From Acidobacteriota bacterium (GTDB taxonomy: Bacteria; Acidobacteriota; Vicinamibacteria; Vicinamibacterales; UBA2999): a stretch of 64,000 bases of DNA. The notes beneath the pieces are model-generated. The model was given only the letters and a program-made list of their open reading frames with translations, ran no database searches and was not told where the DNA came from. Positions 58,383 to 64,000 of the stretch are shown piece by piece. How positions within the stretch are numbered: position 1 is the stretch's first letter; every line of letters starts with the position of its first letter. A program made the translations under genes and the position numbers. The stretch is from assembly GCA_032156805.1 (NCBI GenBank), contig JALDXQ010000003.1, positions 6,466-70,465 of the forward strand, read 5' to 3'.

Positions 58383-60860
58383 TCAGTTTCGGAGCGCCTC
58401 AGCAGGACGGGTTCGAGCGGCCCCTTGTGCCGCGAGGAGGCAACCGATTGCGCCACCAGAGAGCGTAATGGCTGCCGCGACGATTAGCGAAAGCGGATCG
58501 TGCGCTGAGGTGCCCACAAGGAATCCCGCCAGCAGGCGACCGACGGCCAGCGCTCCAAGAATGCCAATGAACGTCGCCGCCGCCGTCGTCCACAGCACGT
58601 CGCTGAGTACGTGTTCCCGTAACTGATTCGGCGTCGCGCCGAGAGCCGCGCGGACACCGAGCTCACGCCGCCGCATTGCACCGACCAGCCAGACGATGCC
58701 AATGAGCCCGACGACGGCCAGCACTGCGGCCAGTCCACCGAAGAAGGTGAGCACGCGCATCGCGAATCGCCACGGCGCGCTTTCGCGAGCCAGGGCGTCG
58801 CTCATGAGCACCACCTCGCCAAGGTGCACGCCAGGATCGAGTTCGCGCGCGATCGCACGAACTCTGGCAATGACCGGGTCGGCAGGCGCCGTGGTTCGCA
58901 CGATCAGGTGCTTCACGCGCATCGTCGACTGCGCAGCAGGCAGGTAAATATCGAGACGCGGATCCAGCAGCCCGCGGTATCGCACGTCACCGACCACGCC
59001 GACGACTGTCTGCCAGCGAAGCTCCCGGGGACCTGGTGGGGATCGCTGCGCGGCGAGGACGAGACGCTGACCGATTGGATCCCGATCCGGCCAGTACCTC
59101 GCGGCTGCTGATGCGCTGACGATCACCACCTCCGGGGCGGTGGCGACATCGGTCGGCGTGAAGTCGCGACCTTGCAGCAGCGGCGTTCCAATGGTCCGAA
59201 AGTAGTCCGGTGTGATCGCCTCGAGATTTGCACGCGGGTTACGTCGCCATGGAGCGTTCTCGCTCAACCCCTCCTGACCGGCAAGAACGGGAATCGAGTC
59301 GTTTCCGATTGGCCCGCTGAGCGGCCGCAGGTATACGGCGCCCGCGTTCGCGACACCGGACAACTCGCGCGTGCGCGACAGGAGTGCTTCGTAGAACGTG
59401 TCCGTGCGTTCGAGTTCCTTCCACGAAGGCTCTATCTCGATTGACAGCAGATGTTCGGCACGAAATCCAACATCGGTGCGATCGAGAGCCTGCACGCTAC
59501 GCACGAAAAGCAAGGCACCCGCCAGCAGAACGACCGCCACCGCGACCTGCCAGCCGACGACGATGCGTTGAAGGCGTCGCTCGCGAGGATGCATCACGGT
59601 GCGCGCGCCTGCGGTCAACGTTCGGCCGGCATCGATACGGCCGACGAAGAGCGCTGGCCACAGACTGGTCAGCACTCCGACCATCGCGGTGAGACCGACC
59701 ATGAACAGCAAGACCGAGTTGCTGGTCAGACGCGTCGTGTCGAGGCGAGGAACGTCCAGGGGAGCAGTCGATACCAGCCAGTGCGTCGTCAGCCACGCGA
59801 CCACGATTGCCCCGGCGAGACCGGCGAGCGCCAGGAGCACTCCTTCGAGTACGGCACGGACGACGAGACTCCGCCGCGATGCTCCCAGTGCGAGTCGTAC
59901 TGCGAGCGCATGATCTCCGACGGCCGCTCGGAAAACCTGCAGACCTGCGATGCTGCTACAGGCCAGGAGCACCATGAGCAGCGCTCCACCGATCATCGTC
60001 CACAGCACTGGTCGCGCCGGGCCTTGCAGATATTCGTTGACCGGGGTCACCACGACGCGGGAAACATTGCCCGACGAAACCTGTTGCGCTGATTGCCTGG
60101 CGATGGAGCTCAGTTCTTCCGCTGCCTGGGTGACGCTCGCATCCTGGCGCAGCCGGCCGACGGCGTAGAACACTCGGAGGTCGTTCAGGAACTCCTCAGC
60201 GTCCTGGCCGGCTCGCTGCGCGAGTGCGCGCATGGTTGGCGCGGCGGGAATCCAGATCTGCGCTGCACGAGGGAAGTCGAAGGCTGGCGGCATCACGCCG
60301 ACGATCTCAATCGAGCGAACGGGAGACTCGACATCTGCCTGCACACGAAGAATGGTCCCGATGATTTGCCGGTTCGCGCCGAAACGTTGTCTCCACAACT
60401 GGTCGCTGATGACGGCGACGCGTGGTTCGTTGCCGGCCTGGTCGCGATTGTCGAGGGAACGACCCAGTGCGGGCGCGACCCCGACGACGTCGAAGAAGGT
60501 CGCGGACACCGCCACGTACGCCAGCCGGGAGCGGGAATCGCCATCAAGCAGCGTGAGGGGCCAGTTCACGGAACTAAAGGCACTGATTTCATCGAACGCT
60601 TTTGTATTGCGGCGCCACGTCTCAACCTCCCCGTGCGCCGCTTCGACCACAGGAGTGCCACGGGCGTCGTCGCGCTGCCAAATCACCACCGTGCGGTCCG
60701 CTGCCGGTATGGCGGTCGGGCGCAATATGACCGCGTCGACGACGGCATAAATCGCCGTCGTGGCGCCGATGGTGACCGCGAACAATGCAATGGCCAGCAG
60801 TGAAATGCGCGGGCTGCGCACCAGCGATCGAAACCCGTGTTGAAGCTCGTGCGCCGTCAT
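58383..60860 (-). CDS. ADOP-type duplicated ABC permease
   Basis: IGATTAIYAVVDAVILRP, AVRLALGA, RRELGVRAALGA, PAEALR. Confidence 0.9.
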   Translation of the reverse strand: MTAHELQHGFRSLVRSPRISLLAIALFAVTIGATTAIYAVVDAVILRPTAIPAADRTVVIWQRDDARGTPVVEAAHGEVETWRRNTKAFDEISAFSSVNWPLTLLDGDSRSRLAYVAVSATFFDVVGVAPALGRSLDNRDQAGNEPRVAVISDQLWRQRFGANRQIIGTILRVQADVESPVRSIEIVGVMPPAFDFPRAAQIWIPAAPTMRALAQRAGQDAEEFLNDLRVFYAVGRLRQDASVTQAAEELSSIARQSAQQVSSGNVSRVVVTPVNEYLQGPARPVLWTMIGGALLMVLLACSSIAGLQVFRAAVGDHALAVRLALGASRRSLVVRAVLEGVLLALAGLAGAIVVAWLTTHWLVSTAPLDVPRLDTTRLTSNSVLLFMVGLTAMVGVLTSLWPALFVGRIDAGRTLTAGARTVMHPRERRLQRIVVGWQVAVAVVLLAGALLFVRSVQALDRTDVGFRAEHLLSIEIEPSWKELERTDTFYEALLSRTRELSGVANAGAVYLRPLSGPIGNDSIPVLAGQEGLSENAPWRRNPRANLEAITPDYFRTIGTPLLQGRDFTPTDVATAPEVVIVSASAAARYWPDRDPIGQRLVLAAQRSPPGPRELRWQTVVGVVGDVRYRGLLDPRLDIYLPAAQSTMRVKHLIVRTTAPADPVIARVRAIARELDPGVHLGEVVLMSDALARESAPWRFAMRVLTFFGGLAAVLAVVGLIGIVWLVGAMRRRELGVRAALGATPNQLREHVLSDVLWTTAAATFIGILGALAVGRLLAGFLVGTSAHDPLSLIVAAAITLSGGAIGCLLAAQGAARTRPAEALRN

Positions 60861-61064
60861 CTCGTGATTCCCGAACGCCGACAATCATAATCGGGGGTTC
60901 TCTGCTGTCTGGCGCCCTTGTGCCGTTCACGATTCACTGCCTGACACCCTCCTTTCTCCCGTCGCCACAGCTGACCTTGACGGTTTTTTGAGCATTTCCG
61001 CGAGCTATTTCCTGCGACAATCGCGCTGCCTCGAAACTCGTCACCACTCATCGGAGGAAGCGTC

Positions 61065-64000
61065 ATGCGCACACCGGGCATCCCCTGGGTCGTCCTTGCG
61101 TTATTCCTGGTGACCCCCAACGTTGTGTTCGCTCAAGCGTCTATCACTGGAACGGTTCGCGATACGTCTGGCGCCGTGCTGCCTGGCGTCACAGTGGAGG
61201 CGTCAAGTCCCGCGCTGATCGAAAAGACCAGAACGGCTACCACCGACGGCAGCGGCCAATACCGCATCGTCGATTTGCGGGCCGGCGACTACGTGGTGAC
61301 GTTTACGTTACCGGGATTCAGCACCGTCAAGCGCGAGGGTGTCGCTCTCGAAGGCACGTTCACCGCGACCATCAATGTCGACATGCGTCTCGGCGAGCTC
61401 ACCGAAACCATCACCGTGACCGGGGAGTCGCCGATCGTCGATGTGCAGAACGTGCGGCGGCAGATGGTGCTGGATAACGACATCATCAGCGCGATACCTT
61501 CGTCGCGGTCGTATAACAACCTGATTCAGCTGATTCCGAACAGCGTCAACCAGGGTGGCGCCCCGACGGACGTTCAGGTGGTGCCGGGCATGGTGGTGTT
61601 TGGCGGATTCGGCGGGCGTTCCAACGAGGGTCGGGTCAATGTCGACGGCCTCAGCGTTGGCTCGGCATTCAACGGCGCGGGCGTGTCGTCGTATATCGCC
61701 GACGTTGCCAACGCGCGCGAGATCGCGATGACCACCACCGGCGGTCTCGGCGACACCGAAGGCGGCGGCCCGGCGCTGAACGTGCTGCCGAAAGAAGGCG
61801 GCAACAGAGTGTCAGGCACGTTTTTCGCCGCCGGGACCACGAGCGGCATGGTCGGCAGCAACTACACGCAGGAGTTGCGCGACCGCGGCCTGACGACGCC
61901 TGGTGAGACCAGGCAGGTGTGGGACTTCAACCTCGGCATCGGCGGGCCTATCGCGAGGGACCGCTTGTGGTACTACTTCAACCTTCGCGAAGAAGGCAGC
62001 GAGCGAACCGTGCCGGGCATGTTCGCGAACGTGAACGCCGGTGACCCCACGAAGTGGACGTATGTCGCCGACACGAACCGTCCCGCCGTGCTTGCTGCCT
62101 CCTATCGCATTACCGCGCTCCGGCTCACCGCGCAGGCCACGCCGCGAAACAAGTTCACGGTGTTCTATGACCAGCAGCTCCCTTGCGAAGGCGGTGCCGC
62201 GGCTGGATTCTCAGGCGACGCCTGCCGTACGTCAGACAACGACGAGGTCTTCGCCGGATCGACAGCTGCCCCGACCCCGTCGGCGTCGGCGATCTCAGCA
62301 CCCGAGACGGCGGGGTACCGCGATTTCGGCAACCGCGTGTCGCAGGTGAAGTGGACGTCACCGGTGAACAATCGGTTGCTGCTGGAAGCGGGGACCGGTG
62401 TGTACCGCAGCCGTTACGGCGGCGGGCAGCTTCCCGGCCTCGAGACCGAGAACCTGATCCGCGTGGTGGAAGCGTGCGCCGGCGGTTGCGCGGGGAACGG
62501 CAATATTCCCGGGCTGACGTATCGATCGCTCAACTGGTTCTCGAACGTCAACTGGAACACGCAGTGGAACGCGGCCGCATCCCTCGTCACCGGCAGTCAT
62601 AGCATCAAGGTCGGCTACCAGGGCGCCCTGCTGATCGATCAGCGGAAGAACTTCGGGAACCTCGAGTACCTCCAGTACCGGGTCAACAATGCCATCCCCG
62701 ATCAGATGACGCTCAACATCAACCGTTTCGACATCCGTCAATCGGTTCGCAGTGATGCCTTCTACGTGCAGGAGCAGTGGACACATGGGCGGATGACGCT
62801 GCAGGGGGCCTTGCGATACGACCACGCCTGGAGCTACTTCCCCGAGCAGGAGGTGGGTCCCGTCCGCTTCTTCCCCAACGCGGTCACGTACCCGCGAACG
62901 ACGGGCGTGGAGGGATACCACGACTTCTGGCCGCGAGGCGGTGTTGCCTACGATGTGTTCGGCACCGGCAAGACGTCCGTCAAGGTGAACTTCGGGCGGT
63001 ACCTGGAGGCGGCGCAAAACGGTGGGCTGTTCATCGCGCTCAATCCGACCGCGCGGCTGTCGACGACCACGACGCGCGCGTGGACCGATGCGAACCGCAA
63101 CTACGTGGCCGATTGCGACCTGATGAACCCGGCTGCTCAGGACCGCCGCGCGAGCGGTGGAGATCTGTGCGGCGCGAACGCCAACGCCAATTTCGGAACG
63201 CAGGTGTTCGAATCGACATTGGATCCGGCACTCCTGTCGGGGTGGGGCGTGCGTGCGGGTGACTGGCAGTGGGGGGCATCGGTGCAGCAGGAAATACTAC
63301 CTCGTGTCGCCGTGGAAGTGGGCTACCAGCGTCGGTGGCTGGTCAACTCGATCACGACCGACAACCTCACGCGCGGACCCGGGGACCACACCGAGTTCGG
63401 TGTCAACGTTCCAGTCGACTCACGACTGCCTGATGGAGGCGGCGGGGTGCTTGGAGGGCTGTACAACGTGACGCCAGAAGCCGCGTTGCGGCTGAACGAC
63501 AATTACCAGACGCTGGCCACGAATTATGGCGACTGGGGGCAGGTCGCGAACTCGTTCAACCTGAACGTGACGGCGCGCATGAGAAACGGCCTGGTGTTGC
63601 AGGGTGGGTTCAACACGGGAGTATCGGGCAACGACTACTGCGACGTGAGACAGGCTATTCCGGAGTGGAACGTACTCCCGGTTCTCCCCCTGAATCAGTC
63701 CCCGACCAACCCGTGGTGCGACACGTCGACTGGATGGGTGACACGAATGACGGCGCTGGGCTCGTACACGATTCCGAAGATCGAGGTGCAGGTCTCCGGG
63801 ACGCTGCGCAGCGATCAGGGCGCGCCGCTGGCTGCGAACTGGACCGCGCCGAACTCCGCAACCGTCGGCCTCAACCGCCCGTTTGCCGGCGTCGGCGGCC
63901 AGACCGTCGTGGTGAACCTGATCGAGCCGGGGACGCTGTACGGCGATCGCGTCAACCAGATCGACATGCGATTCGCCAAGATCCTGAGGTTCGGCCGCTC
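61065..64000 (+). CDS. TonB-dependent receptor, Cys-containing family (runs off the window end; absent from the ORF track)
   Basis: GGAGG RBS; MRTPGIPWVVLALFLVTPNVVFAQASITGTVRDTSGAVLPGVTVEASSPALIEK...YVQEQW...DMRFAKILRFGR, co-linear with its paralogues. Confidence 0.9.
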   Translation, partial: MRTPGIPWVVLALFLVTPNVVFAQASITGTVRDTSGAVLPGVTVEASSPALIEKTRTATTDGSGQYRIVDLRAGDYVVTFTLPGFSTVKREGVALEGTFTATINVDMRLGELTETITVTGESPIVDVQNVRRQMVLDNDIISAIPSSRSYNNLIQLIPNSVNQGGAPTDVQVVPGMVVFGGFGGRSNEGRVNVDGLSVGSAFNGAGVSSYIADVANAREIAMTTTGGLGDTEGGGPALNVLPKEGGNRVSGTFFAAGTTSGMVGSNYTQELRDRGLTTPGETRQVWDFNLGIGGPIARDRLWYYFNLREEGSERTVPGMFANVNAGDPTKWTYVADTNRPAVLAASYRITALRLTAQATPRNKFTVFYDQQLPCEGGAAAGFSGDACRTSDNDEVFAGSTAAPTPSASAISAPETAGYRDFGNRVSQVKWTSPVNNRLLLEAGTGVYRSRYGGGQLPGLETENLIRVVEACAGGCAGNGNIPGLTYRSLNWFSNVNWNTQWNAAASLVTGSHSIKVGYQGALLIDQRKNFGNLEYLQYRVNNAIPDQMTLNINRFDIRQSVRSDAFYVQEQWTHGRMTLQGALRYDHAWSYFPEQEVGPVRFFPNAVTYPRTTGVEGYHDFWPRGGVAYDVFGTGKTSVKVNFGRYLEAAQNGGLFIALNPTARLSTTTTRAWTDANRNYVADCDLMNPAAQDRRASGGDLCGANANANFGTQVFESTLDPALLSGWGVRAGDWQWGASVQQEILPRVAVEVGYQRRWLVNSITTDNLTRGPGDHTEFGVNVPVDSRLPDGGGGVLGGLYNVTPEAALRLNDNYQTLATNYGDWGQVANSFNLNVTARMRNGLVLQGGFNTGVSGNDYCDVRQAIPEWNVLPVLPLNQSPTNPWCDTSTGWVTRMTALGSYTIPKIEVQVSGTLRSDQGAPLAANWTAPNSATVGLNRPFAGVGGQTVVVNLIEPGTLYGDRVNQIDMRFAKILRFGR

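Noticed and set aside
54110-60860. ABC permeases without an ATPase as a novelty
   Set aside because: This is the known acidobacterial ADOP/PadR pattern.

Overview
High-GC bacterial DNA. Gene content (five carboxypeptidase-regulatory-domain TonB-dependent receptors, PadR plus ADOP duplicated permeases, DUF6152, many secreted 'GKPDLSGxW' proteins) points to Acidobacteriota, probably Vicinamibacteria/subdivision 6; this assignment is inference. About 49 CDSs are supported, most encoding exported or membrane proteins. I saw no rRNA, tRNA, CRISPR array or intact mobile element. The best candidate for an undescribed system is at 80-12400. An orphan TAXI solute-binding lipoprotein (no TRAP permease nearby) is translationally coupled to a sensor kinase and followed by an OmpR-type regulator. 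It is divergent from two operons of exported proteins: bicupin + tandem NHL/PAL propeller + cupin, and TonB receptor + DUF6282 metallohydrolase. Both operons carry an identical 16-bp direct-repeat box (TTGTCATCAATTGTCA) 31-32 bp from a CATAAT -10 element. Other notable items: an aconitate-isomerase-like orphan binding protein, two paralogous ECF sigma/cupin anti-sigma pairs, a beta-lactamase-fold protein lacking SxxK, tandem PadR operator-like palindromes overlapping a gene remnant, a lipid-modification cassette bracketed by Cys-rich paralogues, and a dispersed CTCCCAA hairpin repeat. Family calls come from motif recognition by eye; no database search was run. Several start codons were moved from the ORF track using RBS and signal-peptide context.
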